Virus record (IMG/VR): IMGVR_UViG_3300026057_000005
DNA length: 64,000 nucleotides
Direction: 5' to 3' (one strand)
Source of the DNA: an uncultured virus (IMG/VR IMGVR_UViG_3300026057_000005)
Taxonomy: Duplodnaviria > Heunggongvirae > Uroviricota > Caudoviricetes
Shown here: piece by piece, positions 1-8,999 of the stretch
Numbering within the stretch: the stretch's first letter is position 1
Layout: each line of letters opens with the position of its first letter
The notes under the pieces: generated by a model
What the model saw: the letters and a program-made list of their open reading frames with translations, nothing else
What the model was told of the DNA's origin: nothing
The model's database searches: none
Translations under genes and position numbers: made by a program

Positions 1-16
1 GTGCGATGGTCAGGGC

Positions 17-238
17 ATGAAGGCTACGAACAAGACGAAGACGAAGGTGGCGAAGGCGAAGCGCGTTACCCGCTCGCGTGAGCCGGCGCGGCTGAACGAT
101 GACGATGCCGAGGACGCGCTCGATCAGATCAAGGACGTGATCGACGGGCTGCACGACAGCGTGCCGAACGACAAGCAGCGCGAGGAGCTCGCGCGCGACT
201 TGATCGAGTACATCCAGTTGCACTTTCGGGTGTCGTGA
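17..238 (+). CDS. hypothetical protein
   Basis: 73-aa ORF with basic N-terminus and helical acidic C-terminus; stop overlaps next start. Confidence 0.6.
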   Translation: MKATNKTKTKVAKAKRVTRSREPARLNDDDAEDALDQIKDVIDGLHDSVPNDKQREELARDLIEYIQLHFRVS

Positions 239-609
239 TGGCGGCGCATCGAATCTGGCACGCGACGGCTACTGCGCTGCGCGTGGCCGCGCATGCGTTC
301 GCGAAGCACGATCCGGATCTCAACTCGAGCACTGACGAGAGCGACAAGGCCGGACAGAGGCTCAGCCTCGCGCTACTCGACGCGGCGTGCGCGTACGCGC
401 GGGTCGCGGAGGATGCGGACGTGCGCATCGACGACTTGACCGACGAGCAGATCGGCGAGCTTGTCGGCGAGCTCGAGACGTACCTCGGCATCGCACGGGC
501 GGCGCTCGCGATCCGCAAGGGGCCACTCCGCGAGTCGCTTCGGCGCGGAGCGCTCGAGATTTACAAGCGGTGCTCGTGGTCGATTCGGCCACCGAAGGGC
601 GGTGAGTGA
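235..609 (+). CDS. hypothetical protein
   Basis: ORF coupled by GTGA overlaps on both sides. Confidence 0.6.
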   Translation: MMAAHRIWHATATALRVAAHAFAKHDPDLNSSTDESDKAGQRLSLALLDAACAYARVAEDADVRIDDLTDEQIGELVGELETYLGIARAALAIRKGPLRESLRRGALEIYKRCSWSIRPPKGGE

Positions 610-833
610 TGCAGGTCAAGGTGACCATCACGTTCCAGATCGAGCACGAGAGCGGCAAGTTCATCGCGCGTGACGAGATCGAATCGCAACTCGAGAGCGA
701 TCTCGAGGACGCGATGCCGAGCGATCTCTCGATCGAGGACAGCACGTACAACGTGGAGTCGTTCGAGATCGTCGTGTTGTCGGAGACGCTGTCGGAGCCG
801 ATCCGGCGCTCGCCGAAGGACGGTGCGAAATGA
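606..833 (+). CDS. hypothetical acidic protein
   Basis: Coupled ORF with protein-like composition. Confidence 0.65.
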   Translation: MMQVKVTITFQIEHESGKFIARDEIESQLESDLEDAMPSDLSIEDSTYNVESFEIVVLSETLSEPIRRSPKDGAK

Positions 834-1360
834 AGCGCGGCGCACGCACGACGGAAGAGCACCTTCGCGACATGCGCATCGCGGCAAAGGTCGCCTTCCT
901 GAAGTCGAGGGCGAAGGCCCTCGAGTCGTCGCACCTCGTGACGGTCGCGACGGCCGAGCCGATTCATAGTCGCGGCGACGTCGCGAAGCTGATGATCCTC
1001 GGCGTCGCTAGCATCGATCAGTGCTTGCCTCGCGAGCATGATCTTTCCATCGATACCGCAACGCGCGGCACGGCGCATTCAGTCATCAATCGCCAAGCCA
1101 TCGCGCGGCAGATCTTCGAGCGCGACGGCCGCGCCATCGTCGACGCGCTGGTCTCGTCGCTCCCCGGCGGCACGATCGACGCCGTCCTGATCGCGCTCCT
1201 CGACCATCGCCGCTCGCGTCTGATCGTGTCGGCGCCGGAGTCGGCGCGGCGTTCAGCGGCCATCGCGGTCGTCGAGGATGAGCTCAAGGAGAAGATCAAC
1301 CGTCGACGCGACGGTCGCACGGTCAGCGGCCGACGCGCGAAGCACGTCAGGAAGGGCTAG
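830..1360 (+). CDS. hypothetical protein
   Basis: ATGA overlap with upstream gene; 176 aa. Confidence 0.6.
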   Translation: MKRGARTTEEHLRDMRIAAKVAFLKSRAKALESSHLVTVATAEPIHSRGDVAKLMILGVASIDQCLPREHDLSIDTATRGTAHSVINRQAIARQIFERDGRAIVDALVSSLPGGTIDAVLIALLDHRRSRLIVSAPESARRSAAIAVVEDELKEKINRRRDGRTVSGRRAKHVRKG

Positions 1361-1362
1361 CG

Positions 1363-1590
1363 ATGTTCGACTTCATGCGCATTGGTTTGCCGAGCGCGGC
1401 CGACGCGCACGGTAAGAAGTGGATTTGCCTCCACCGCGTCACGCAGGACGAGGAGTGCGACTACTACATCGCGGTTGAGGCAAACGAGGAGGGCACGCAA
1501 TCCCTCCCGGCGCCGCAGCCTTGCTCGCTCATTGCGGTTCCGGTTGCGCCCGCCGTTGCCGAAGCTCGCTGTAAAAGGGCGAAGCCATGA
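1363..1590 (+). CDS. hypothetical protein
   Basis: AGGAAGG upstream; coupled to next gene. Confidence 0.55.
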   Translation: MFDFMRIGLPSAADAHGKKWICLHRVTQDEECDYYIAVEANEEGTQSLPAPQPCSLIAVPVAPAVAEARCKRAKP

Positions 1591-1904
1591 AGCGCGCGAA
1601 GTCGATCGAGATGGATCGCGAGTGCGAGGTCAGCCTCGACTCGATCGACGTCTCGCTTGAGAGACCGATCGAGCTCGACATCAAGATGTCGCCGACGTAC
1701 GCCGCGACCCTTCTCGAGCAGGTGAACGTCGCGCTTCGCGAGCTCGTCGAGCCGGAGAATCAGTCGCGCGTCGACTCCGGCGACATCGACGCTGCGCAGG
1801 TCTCGATCTCGGTCGACTGCCCGATCTCGATCGTGATCGACATCAAAGCTTTGCGCGACCTTGCTGCGATTCTGTCGGCTTCGCTAACCGACGGTGCGCG
1901 ATGA
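1587..1904 (+). CDS. hypothetical protein with internal duplication
   Basis: IDVSLERPIELDIK and VSISVDCPISIVIDIK resemble each other; ATGA overlaps. Confidence 0.6.
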   Translation: MKRAKSIEMDRECEVSLDSIDVSLERPIELDIKMSPTYAATLLEQVNVALRELVEPENQSRVDSGDIDAAQVSISVDCPISIVIDIKALRDLAAILSASLTDGAR

Positions 1905-2209
1905 GTGCGAGGGCAGGCAACGCCGTCTATCTCAAGAAGTTGCGCATGGAGGCGGTCGCGCGCGGGCTCTGCTACGTCTGTCGCTGTCGCGTCCCGCGTC
2001 CTGGCGTCCGCTCGTGCGATGAATGCCTTGCGCGCGTGTGCTCGTTGGTACATTTGCATCGCGCGATGTCGCTGCGCGAGAGCGCGATCGCGGGCGGCCA
2101 GTGCGGCGACGGGCGCTGCGGCGCGATGCGCGAGCAACTCGACAAAACCGCGTGCAACGCGTGTCTCGCCACAAACGCTGCGCGCAGGCGAAAGGTGAAG
2201 AAGTCATGA
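1901..2209 (+). CDS. Cys-rich zinc-binding protein
   Basis: Repeated G(L/Q)CxxC...CxxCLA units. Confidence 0.65.
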   Translation: MSARAGNAVYLKKLRMEAVARGLCYVCRCRVPRPGVRSCDECLARVCSLVHLHRAMSLRESAIAGGQCGDGRCGAMREQLDKTACNACLATNAARRRKVKKS

Positions 2210-2730
2210 CCTGGCGTATCTGGCATCCGCAAAACGCGCTCGTGCACGTCGTCGAAACCGACGCACTCTCCACCCTCGTCATCGCCGAGCTCGCCGAGCG
2301 CGGCCATCCGTTGACGCCGCAACCCGAGCTGCCGTCCATCCTCGTCCAGGGCGCCGAGCGCGCCGAGCTCTATCTCGACTTGGGCGGATCGGTCCGCACG
2401 GACGAGCCGACGGAGCGCTTCGCGATCGGCGACACGACGTTCACCGTGCGCTCGTCGCACGTCGGGATGATTCTCGCGAAGTTGCGCTCGCTCGAGCTTC
2501 GATGGTTCGACGTCGAAACGGCGAAGGAGGCATGCGAACCGTGCGAGGGGTGTAACTTCGGCCAGCCGATCGAGGGCGATCCGACGCGCCAGGATCGATG
2601 TCCGAAACCGTTCCCTGTCGCGTACGTGAAGCTCAAGATCTGGCATTTCGCGTTCGTGATGACGCCGGAGAAGCGCTGGGCGATCGTGAACGCGTTGATC
2701 GAGATCACCGAGCGGGCCACCGCGCAGTGA
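2206..2730 (+). CDS. hypothetical protein
   Basis: ATG 2206 overlaps previous stop; CxxCxGC motif. Confidence 0.6.
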   Translation: MTWRIWHPQNALVHVVETDALSTLVIAELAERGHPLTPQPELPSILVQGAERAELYLDLGGSVRTDEPTERFAIGDTTFTVRSSHVGMILAKLRSLELRWFDVETAKEACEPCEGCNFGQPIEGDPTRQDRCPKPFPVAYVKLKIWHFAFVMTPEKRWAIVNALIEITERATAQ

Positions 2731-3248
2731 CGCCGTTGCGACATGCGGCGCTGCTTCGCGCCTGCGAGCGCAACGGCTACTCGTCGGTGACGAGCGTCCT
2801 GAATCGCAACAGGCTACGCGGTCACGATGAGAGACGGCCGTACCTGACGCGCTCGACGATCGCGTCCGCGTTTCGCGATGCCGTCGCGGCGGGGTGGTTT
2901 CGTCGACGTTACATCGGCAACATCCTCGAGTGGTGCCCGCTGCCGATCGTGTGCGTCGGGTTTCGCGCAGAAGACGACTTGCGCGTCACGTACAGCAATG
3001 CCGCGGCGTGTTTCGCATCGATGTCAACGCTCGAGATCGAGCGCTACTTCGAATTCTCCGATCATGCGCTGACTCATCTCGCGGGCCTCGATCCTAATGA
3101 TTTCCGAGCACCGTCGCAGGACGCGATCGCGCGCGCGGTGATTTCGTGGGAGCACCGCAGGAGCCTTGCCTCGTCTTGGCTTCACGCGTTACGTAACGCA
3201 AGCCGACCGAATCCCATCAAGCCAATTATGATCCTGACCAACCCATGA
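2727..3248 (+). CDS. hypothetical protein
   Basis: GTGA overlap start. Confidence 0.5.
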   Translation: MTPLRHAALLRACERNGYSSVTSVLNRNRLRGHDERRPYLTRSTIASAFRDAVAAGWFRRRYIGNILEWCPLPIVCVGFRAEDDLRVTYSNAAACFASMSTLEIERYFEFSDHALTHLAGLDPNDFRAPSQDAIARAVISWEHRRSLASSWLHALRNASRPNPIKPIMILTNP

Positions 3249-3270
3249 CCGAGAACGAAAGGCAACACCG

Positions 3271-4341
3271 ATGAGCAACGAGACCGAGACCGAGACCGGC
3301 ACCGAGATCGAAACCGAAGTCCCGCCGCACGCGCGGCCCAACATGCTGCGCGTCTGCTTCGATGGCGTCCTCACGCTGGAAGAGGCGCAGAAGAAGATCG
3401 ACGAGGTCGGCAGCGGCGCGCGCGTGCTCGAGGTGCGCCCGGCGCAGGGCGTGAGCAAGACCGATCCGAACGGTCCACTCATCGCCGCGACGGAGGTGAT
3501 CTTCGAGATCGTCGAGCTCGACGATGACGCGTCGTCGGTCGACGCGTCGGGCGATGCGATCGAGCATCCCGGCATGCTGACCGACGCCGGGCGTTATCCT
3601 CGTCCCGACGATGGCGCGATCTCATGGGGGGATCGTCCGCTGGATCCATCCGCGACGTACGCGATCGATCCGTCGACGATGCAGGTGTCGACGACCGAGG
3701 AGCGCCCGGTGTACGGCTTTATGGAGATCACGCCGGACTCGCCGGGCTGCGGTCACCATCGACTAATGCTGTTCAACCACGACGAGCCGATGATCGAGTG
3801 CGCGGACTGCGGGCGCGCGTGGTCGTTCATGACGCCGCCGGTGCCGCAGCGGCCGTCGTTGCCCGGCGAGCCGATGAAGTTCGACATGGGCGACGTGCAG
3901 GGTTTCGTGGTCACGATCGAAAAGCCGAAGTCGATCGAGTCGCCGCTGGCGCCGCTCACATCGGCGGATTTCGAGGCGCACACCAACGCGATCAGCGCGA
4001 GCACGGATCGCACGTCGTTCGTGACGGCATTCGCTCCATTCGCGCGCGCCATCGTCGGTCGCGTTGGCAAGGAATATGGCGCGGATTCGGATGGCTATAT
4101 CGCGCTAGCCCACTTCGTGAGCGGCATTCTCGAAGGCGCCGGCGTCCTGCCCTCGCAGGTGCCCGGCATGCCGGCGGTGACGTCGCTGACGCCGGCGCCC
4201 CCGAGCGACTTCACGTTGCGCGCACTCATCGAAGAGGCGTGCGGCGAGCTCGAGGATACCGGCGGCGAATTTGCCAAGGCGCGCGCGGCGGAAATTCGTC
4301 GCGCGATCGGTATCGGCACTGGCCCCGGCGCGGAAGGCTAG
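3271..4341 (+). CDS. acidic protein with central Zn-ribbon (CGH...CADC)
   Basis: 356 aa; AAAGG RBS-like site; ETETET N-terminus. Confidence 0.7.
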   Translation: MSNETETETGTEIETEVPPHARPNMLRVCFDGVLTLEEAQKKIDEVGSGARVLEVRPAQGVSKTDPNGPLIAATEVIFEIVELDDDASSVDASGDAIEHPGMLTDAGRYPRPDDGAISWGDRPLDPSATYAIDPSTMQVSTTEERPVYGFMEITPDSPGCGHHRLMLFNHDEPMIECADCGRAWSFMTPPVPQRPSLPGEPMKFDMGDVQGFVVTIEKPKSIESPLAPLTSADFEAHTNAISASTDRTSFVTAFAPFARAIVGRVGKEYGADSDGYIALAHFVSGILEGAGVLPSQVPGMPAVTSLTPAPPSDFTLRALIEEACGELEDTGGEFAKARAAEIRRAIGIGTGPGAEG

Positions 4342-4344
4342 CGC

Positions 4345-5019
4345 GTGGCCCGGGCGCCGAGCGCTCATGGCGTGCGCGCGTCGGCGCCGGCTTCCGCCGC
4401 GGCGTTGCCGTTCGCACCCATCCTCGTGCCGCGGCAACGGACGCCGCCGCCGTGCGTGCATTGCCAGGGCAGCGGGCACCGGATCGTGCCGCTCCACGTT
4501 CGCGATCACGACGAGGACGCGCGCTTTCTCTGCGGCGCGTCGCTGGCACTGCTCGGCGGGGCTGACGCGCTGTCGATCGCGGAACTCCGGATCGGCGCCT
4601 CGCCGGCGCCCGGCGAGGCGTCCATGCTCGAGCGGGCGCGCGGGCGCCACGCCGCGCTCGCCGCGGCGCTCGCCTGGCTGGATGCCCCTCCGGTGCCGCT
4701 ACCCTTCGGCGCGTGCCAGGGATGCCGGGTGAACCTGTCGGCCGCACTGGCATCCGCCCTGGAGAAGCTCGAGCTCCACGAGGGGCTCGCCGCGGCGCGC
4801 GTGGCGCGGGCGAGCTCGCGGAAGGAGACGCGCTCGGGGGCGATGGCGCCGGCGCCCGCCAGGGGCGCCAGAACTGCCCCAGGAACAACGATCGCACCCC
4901 GACCCGAGGATCCGCGTCAGGTCCGCGCGAACGCGCGTATGGAAGCACGGGCCGCGCCGGCGCCGGCACCGGCACCGGCGCCGGCGCCGGGCAAGACGCG
5001 ACGCGTCAAGAAGCGTTGA
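4345..5019 (+). CDS. hypothetical protein with CxxC motifs and PA-rich tail
   Basis: CVHCQGSG and CQGC motifs; (PA)n tail. Confidence 0.55.
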   Translation: MARAPSAHGVRASAPASAAALPFAPILVPRQRTPPPCVHCQGSGHRIVPLHVRDHDEDARFLCGASLALLGGADALSIAELRIGASPAPGEASMLERARGRHAALAAALAWLDAPPVPLPFGACQGCRVNLSAALASALEKLELHEGLAAARVARASSRKETRSGAMAPAPARGARTAPGTTIAPRPEDPRQVRANARMEARAAPAPAPAPAPAPGKTRRVKKR

Positions 5020-5524
5020 ACGCGATCGTCACGCGCGGCTCGAGCTCGTCGTGCGGTTCCGTGGCGTGCTCGACGATCGCCGGGAACGTCAGGAGCATCC
5101 CAGCGCGCGGGGCGACGCGAAGCGACGCGGCGCCGCCGCGGAACAGCGTCGCCGCGCCGCCGGTCGTCAGGTAGAGCACGCCGGAGCATCGCCAGTCGAC
5201 GCCGGTGTGCGCGTGCCAGTCGTGGTAGCTGCCGTTCTCGTGGACGACGGCCCACGCGTGCAACGTCGCACGCGTCGCGTCCGGACGCGAGTCTTCTCGC
5301 GTCCTCGTCTGCGATGGCGATGGCAGGATCAGGCGGGCAATCTGCGTGAGCGTGTGGTGCGCGCGAGGCCATGTCGCGAACTGCTCGCTCGAGCGCCATC
5401 CGCCGACGTTGTGACCGCGCTCGCCGGAGGTCGTGCGCGCCTGATGCAGGATTTCCGCGACGAGCTCGCTGTCGACGCTGATCTCGTCGACGTGCATGCT
5501 CGAGAGCCACCCCGCTAGGTTCAT
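5006..5524 (-). CDS. putative 2OG-Fe(II) oxygenase (TIGR02466/PF13759-like)
   Basis: NVGGWRS, WAVVHENGSYHDWHAH, SGVLYL, PRAGMLLTFP..VEH..P..RVTIAFN; contains an in-frame hairpin element. Confidence 0.8.
   Translation of the reverse strand: MNLAGWLSSMHVDEISVDSELVAEILHQARTTSGERGHNVGGWRSSEQFATWPRAHHTLTQIARLILPSPSQTRTREDSRPDATRATLHAWAVVHENGSYHDWHAHTGVDWRCSGVLYLTTGGAATLFRGGAASLRVAPRAGMLLTFPAIVEHATEPHDELEPRVTIAFNAS
5280..5311 (-). repeat. dispersed hairpin element, in-frame in oxygenase (QTRTREDSRP)
   Basis: CAGACGA GGACGCGAG AAGA CTCGCGTCC GGA on the minus strand. Confidence 0.95.
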
Positions 5525-5946
5525 GGCGCCGGGATCAGGAACAGGTTCACGAAGCACGGCAGGAGCACCGGCGTGTTCGTGCCGTCGGTCATCGCGATCA
5601 GGATCGTCGTCGCGTCTTCCATCGTCGCGGTGATCGTGTTCGGCGGGCTGCTCGTCGACTCGAGCGTCGCGCTCGGGATCGCGAGGCTGGCGTCCGGTAC
5701 CGGTGTCGTGAGCACGACACGCAGGAACGGACTGACGTAGTTCACGCTGGCGACGTTCTGGCCGGCTGCCAGCACCGGGCCTTCGCTGTTCGTGACGTGC
5801 GCCAGCGCGTACGGCGCGCCGGCGCTGCCGATGGCGCGTAGTGGGTTGCCCTGCGAGCCGTCGCCGCGAATCGTGGTGCCGTCGACGGCGACGCGGGTCG
5901 CCTCGGGGATGCGGTTTCCGCCGGGTTGAACCTGGGTCTCGGACAT
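5521..5946 (-). CDS. putative virion spike/fibre-like protein
   Basis: VAVDGTTIRGDGSQGNPL matches the repeat unit of the 61982 spike; beta-rich C-terminus. Confidence 0.6.
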   Translation of the reverse strand: MSETQVQPGGNRIPEATRVAVDGTTIRGDGSQGNPLRAIGSAGAPYALAHVTNSEGPVLAAGQNVASVNYVSPFLRVVLTTPVPDASLAIPSATLESTSSPPNTITATMEDATTILIAMTDGTNTPVLLPCFVNLFLIPAP

Positions 5947-5988
5947 GCGAGCATCCTACACGAAGTCAAGGCACGCAGACACGAAGCC

Positions 5989-6019
5989 ACAACGAGGACG
6001 CAAGGGTTTCGCGTCCGGA
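5989..6019 (+). repeat. degenerate hairpin element upstream of ATG 6031
   Basis: ACAACGAGGACGCAAGGGTTTCGCGTCCGGA. Confidence 0.75.
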
Positions 6020-6030
6020 AGGATTTTTCC

Positions 6031-6552
6031 ATGTCGAATTCGTCCATCATCTCCGGCGGCTCTCCGATTCCAGCGGGCGATACCGTCGTTGCGGATCAGG
6101 TGACCATCCGCGGCGCGGGTACCCCCAACAGTCCGCTGCGTGTGTCCGGAGGCACGGGGTCTCTCGCGCGGACGACGCCGGGCACCTTCATCGCCGGATC
6201 GTCTGTTCGGATCAGCTCCTTCGGGGGCGTGCATGCGGTTCTGTCGAGCGCGCTCGCCATCTCGAGCGCAGACGTGCTTGGCGTTCTGACGGAAGATTCT
6301 CCGGCTGGCGTCGATCTTACGTACCAGTCAACGGGAATCGTGACTCTCACGACGGCGCAATGGGATGCCATTGCCGGAACCTCTGGCGGACTCGACCCGG
6401 GAATTCCGTATTACCTGAGCGATGTGAACTCCGGCGAGCTCCTTCCGCGCGCGTCGATTACCGCGAGCACCCATTGCCTGACGCAGGTCGGTATCGCGAT
6501 CTCGGCAACCGAGCTCCAGTTGCAGATCAGTGCACCCATCGTCATCCCGTAA
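6031..6552 (+). CDS. putative capsid decoration/cement-like protein
   Basis: VVADQVTIRGAGTPNSPL repeat plus a domain (PG.PYY.S...QVG.AIS.T) paralogous to 51227..51667. Confidence 0.6.
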   Translation: MSNSSIISGGSPIPAGDTVVADQVTIRGAGTPNSPLRVSGGTGSLARTTPGTFIAGSSVRISSFGGVHAVLSSALAISSADVLGVLTEDSPAGVDLTYQSTGIVTLTTAQWDAIAGTSGGLDPGIPYYLSDVNSGELLPRASITASTHCLTQVGIAISATELQLQISAPIVIP

Positions 6553-6632
6553 CGCACACCAATCGGCACGGCACTGCGCTGGCTACCCGATCGAAGCCTG
6601 ACGTTATGCGTTTCGTGCGTTACGGTAGCCTG

Positions 6633-6887
6633 ATGAAGGTTTATTCGCTCGGTCTGTTGCTGGCAGTTTGCGTTGCCGAGCTCGGCTGCGGTGACAACGC
6701 GCAGCCGTCGACAGGGCCAGGGCCGGATGCCGGCCCGCTGCCGTCATGCGCGGATCTCAGTTGCGTAGGTATTGGGCTCTGCACGGTTGCCGGCGTATGT
6801 TCGTGTACGATCGATGGCGCAAGCGAGTCTTGCCAGGCGCCGCCGCGGCCGTCGTTCCATCACGACGCCGGCGTCGACGCGCCGTGA
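6633..6887 (+). CDS. small Cys-rich lipoprotein
   Basis: Signal peptide ending ELG-C-GDN; six further Cys; ends DAGVDAP. Confidence 0.65.
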   Translation: MKVYSLGLLLAVCVAELGCGDNAQPSTGPGPDAGPLPSCADLSCVGIGLCTVAGVCSCTIDGASESCQAPPRPSFHHDAGVDAP

Positions 6888-7051
6888 TCTTCCGCCTCTG
6901 CCCGCGCTGTCGATCGGTAAGCCACGAGAAGACGGAGGCCGAGTCGCTGGCGCTCGCCGCCGGCGTACCCGTCGAAACGACGTCCGTCGTCGAGCTCTGC
7001 GTCGGGTGCTTGCGCGCCATGAATCCGCGCGCGCGATCGTCCAGGCGATGA
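6884..7051 (+). CDS. small CxxC protein
   Basis: GTGA overlap; CPRC...CVGC. Confidence 0.45.
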   Translation: MIFRLCPRCRSVSHEKTEAESLALAAGVPVETTSVVELCVGCLRAMNPRARSSRR

Positions 7052-7115
7052 CGCAACCCCGCCCGTACCCGATCGCGACTCCGCTTCGTGCACGCGCACG
7101 CGTTACGATCGCCGC

Positions 7116-7328
7116 ATGAAGATTACGCAGCACACGACGCTCGCCGAGCTCGACGAGCACTTACGCACGATGGCGCTCCATCTCCAGGCGCGCCGCGTCG
7201 CCGGTGAGCGTGTCACCGGGCCTGGCGTCAACGTCGTCGTCGATCACGTGAACGGCCACGTTGGACGCGGCTACGGCGAGACGCTGGCCGAGGCGATCGC
7301 GAGCGCGATCGAGGACTGGCTCAAGTGA
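7116..7328 (+). CDS. hypothetical protein
   Basis: TACGAT 6 nt before ATG; C-terminal G.TLAEAI..AI motif. Confidence 0.65.
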   Translation: MKITQHTTLAELDEHLRTMALHLQARRVAGERVTGPGVNVVVDHVNGHVGRGYGETLAEAIASAIEDWLK

Positions 7329-7549
7329 ATCCGAACCCGCGCTACTTTCGATCTCGCGGCGGATGGATCCTCGTCTTCAAAGGGATCCGCACGATTTCGC
7401 GATCGGGCGTTGCCGTACGTTCGGGAGACACCGAGACGACGTTGCTCGTCACGTTCGCGAGCGTGCAGGCGCCGATGACGATGAAAGTCTTCCTCGACGA
7501 GATCGAGCTCCTGATGACGGCGTTCGAGTGCTGGCTGACGCGCCGCTAG
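7325..7549 (+). CDS. hypothetical protein
   Basis: GTGA-coupled ORF. Confidence 0.5.
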   Translation: MNPNPRYFRSRGGWILVFKGIRTISRSGVAVRSGDTETTLLVTFASVQAPMTMKVFLDEIELLMTAFECWLTRR

Positions 7550-8043
7550 GCGCCGACGGTTCGGCTCGGCTTGCCGGGTCGCTTGCCGCTCGGCTTCGCC
7601 TCGTGCGCGTACGGTGCAAGCGCCATGGCGACGAGCTTCAGATCGGTCGTCGTCGGCCGGATGCGCGCGAGCTGCTTACGAAGCGCGATCTCGCGCTCGC
7701 ACGCGATCTCGTGCGCGTCGTCGTAGTCGATGCCGCCGAACAAGACGAGGTTGCGCTCGACGATCTCGTGGAACGTCGTCGCGATCCGGTCGAGCGCGTG
7801 CATCGCGTCGTCGATCCAGATCTCGCCCTTCGGCACGTAGCCCGGATACGCGGCCTCGTTGCCGCCCTGCGTGAAATCGATGTCGATCTCGTTGCGCACG
7901 AGCTCGCCGGAGACGAGGTACACGGGAAGGCCGGTGACGTGGCCGATCAAGTGCAGTCGTGGTGGCTCGATCTTGAGCGCGCTCCTGATCTCGCGATCGA
8001 GCGCGTTGGGATTCCGTCGTCTCGTCTCGGCTGCTCTCGCCAC
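7546..8043 (-). CDS. zincin-like metallopeptidase-type protein with LDREI tag
   Basis: GEIWID...FHEIVE...YDDAH motif; NALDREIRSAL near the start; GTG start inferred. Confidence 0.6.
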   Translation of the reverse strand: MARAAETRRRNPNALDREIRSALKIEPPRLHLIGHVTGLPVYLVSGELVRNEIDIDFTQGGNEAAYPGYVPKGEIWIDDAMHALDRIATTFHEIVERNLVLFGGIDYDDAHEIACEREIALRKQLARIRPTTTDLKLVAMALAPYAHEAKPSGKRPGKPSRTVGA

Positions 8044-8045
8044 GA

Positions 8046-8969
8046 TCAGATCGCCAGGTTGAAGCACGCGCCAAACGTGACGTCCTGGCCGGCCGTCGCG
8101 GGACTCGTCTGCGAGACGATCGTGAAGTACGCGCCGCCGTTCGGTACTTCGAACGACACGGGCTGGTTGCCGTTGACGAGGAAGTTGCCGATGTTGACCG
8201 TCCCCTGCGGGTCCTGCCAGAACCGGAGGTACGCGACGGTGACGCCGGGGACGACGTTCGGCGACTGATCGCACCCGAACACCGTCACGCGTGACGCGAA
8301 CGCTGGCGTGGCGAACACCGAGCTTTCCTCATCCAGCGTGAGCACGCCGATCTGGATCGTGCGGCGCGCGGCCGACGCGCGCGGCAGCCCCGGGTGTACG
8401 AGACCCTTCAGGTTGTAGAGCCCCGAGGTGCCGGGCTGGTTCGCGGCGTCGGGCGTGATGATCGGAAGGACGTCGAGCGTCGACGCCGGGACATTGATCA
8501 CCGTGCCGTTGACGTAGTCGACGATCGCCTCGAAGCGCGCGCCGCCGACACCCCAGCGCACGAGCGCCGAGATCGGTGGCCAGATGATCGAGTGCGCGAG
8601 GCCGGGGTAGAAGCCACCCCCCATCTCTGCGTTGACGAGCGCCCCGGTCGCGTTCGCGCGATCGAGTGTCGCCGCGACCTGCGCCGCCGAGCGCGGGATG
8701 GCAGCGGGCGAGGCCAGCGTGACCTGGAGCTGCATCGCGTCGGCATCGCTTCCGCGGAGCTCGAACAGGTTGGTCATCGCTGACTGGAGCTCGGTCTCGC
8801 TGGCATCGTATTGGATGTTCGTCTGCGCGCCGACGGATTGGCCGGCGGACAGGCGCGCCCATGGCGACTTCGCGTTATCGACGTCATCGTCGATCGCGCG
8901 CGGACGAAGCCCGCCATGCCCGGGACTTAGGACCGGATCGAACAGGGGTTGTGCGCCGCGGGTGTTCAT
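8046..8969 (-). CDS. beta-rich putative structural protein
   Basis: 307 aa with beta-strand pattern; extended -10 (TGGTAGGAT) 7 nt before ATG. Confidence 0.65.
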   Translation of the reverse strand: MNTRGAQPLFDPVLSPGHGGLRPRAIDDDVDNAKSPWARLSAGQSVGAQTNIQYDASETELQSAMTNLFELRGSDADAMQLQVTLASPAAIPRSAAQVAATLDRANATGALVNAEMGGGFYPGLAHSIIWPPISALVRWGVGGARFEAIVDYVNGTVINVPASTLDVLPIITPDAANQPGTSGLYNLKGLVHPGLPRASAARRTIQIGVLTLDEESSVFATPAFASRVTVFGCDQSPNVVPGVTVAYLRFWQDPQGTVNIGNFLVNGNQPVSFEVPNGGAYFTIVSQTSPATAGQDVTFGACFNLAI

Positions 8970-8999
8970 GACGCCGATCCTACCACGTTGCAGGCCGTG

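Noticed and set aside
4509..4522. Short GACGAGGACGCG-type matches (also near 17727, 39870 and 41541) as extra hairpin copies
   Set aside because: No complementary arm or full flank; explainable as common codon strings in GC-rich DNA.
3271..5019. TAG readthrough fusing 3271..4341 with in-frame 4345..5019
   Set aside because: The downstream ORF has its own GGAAGG and GTG start; there is no other evidence of readthrough or genome-wide amber recoding.
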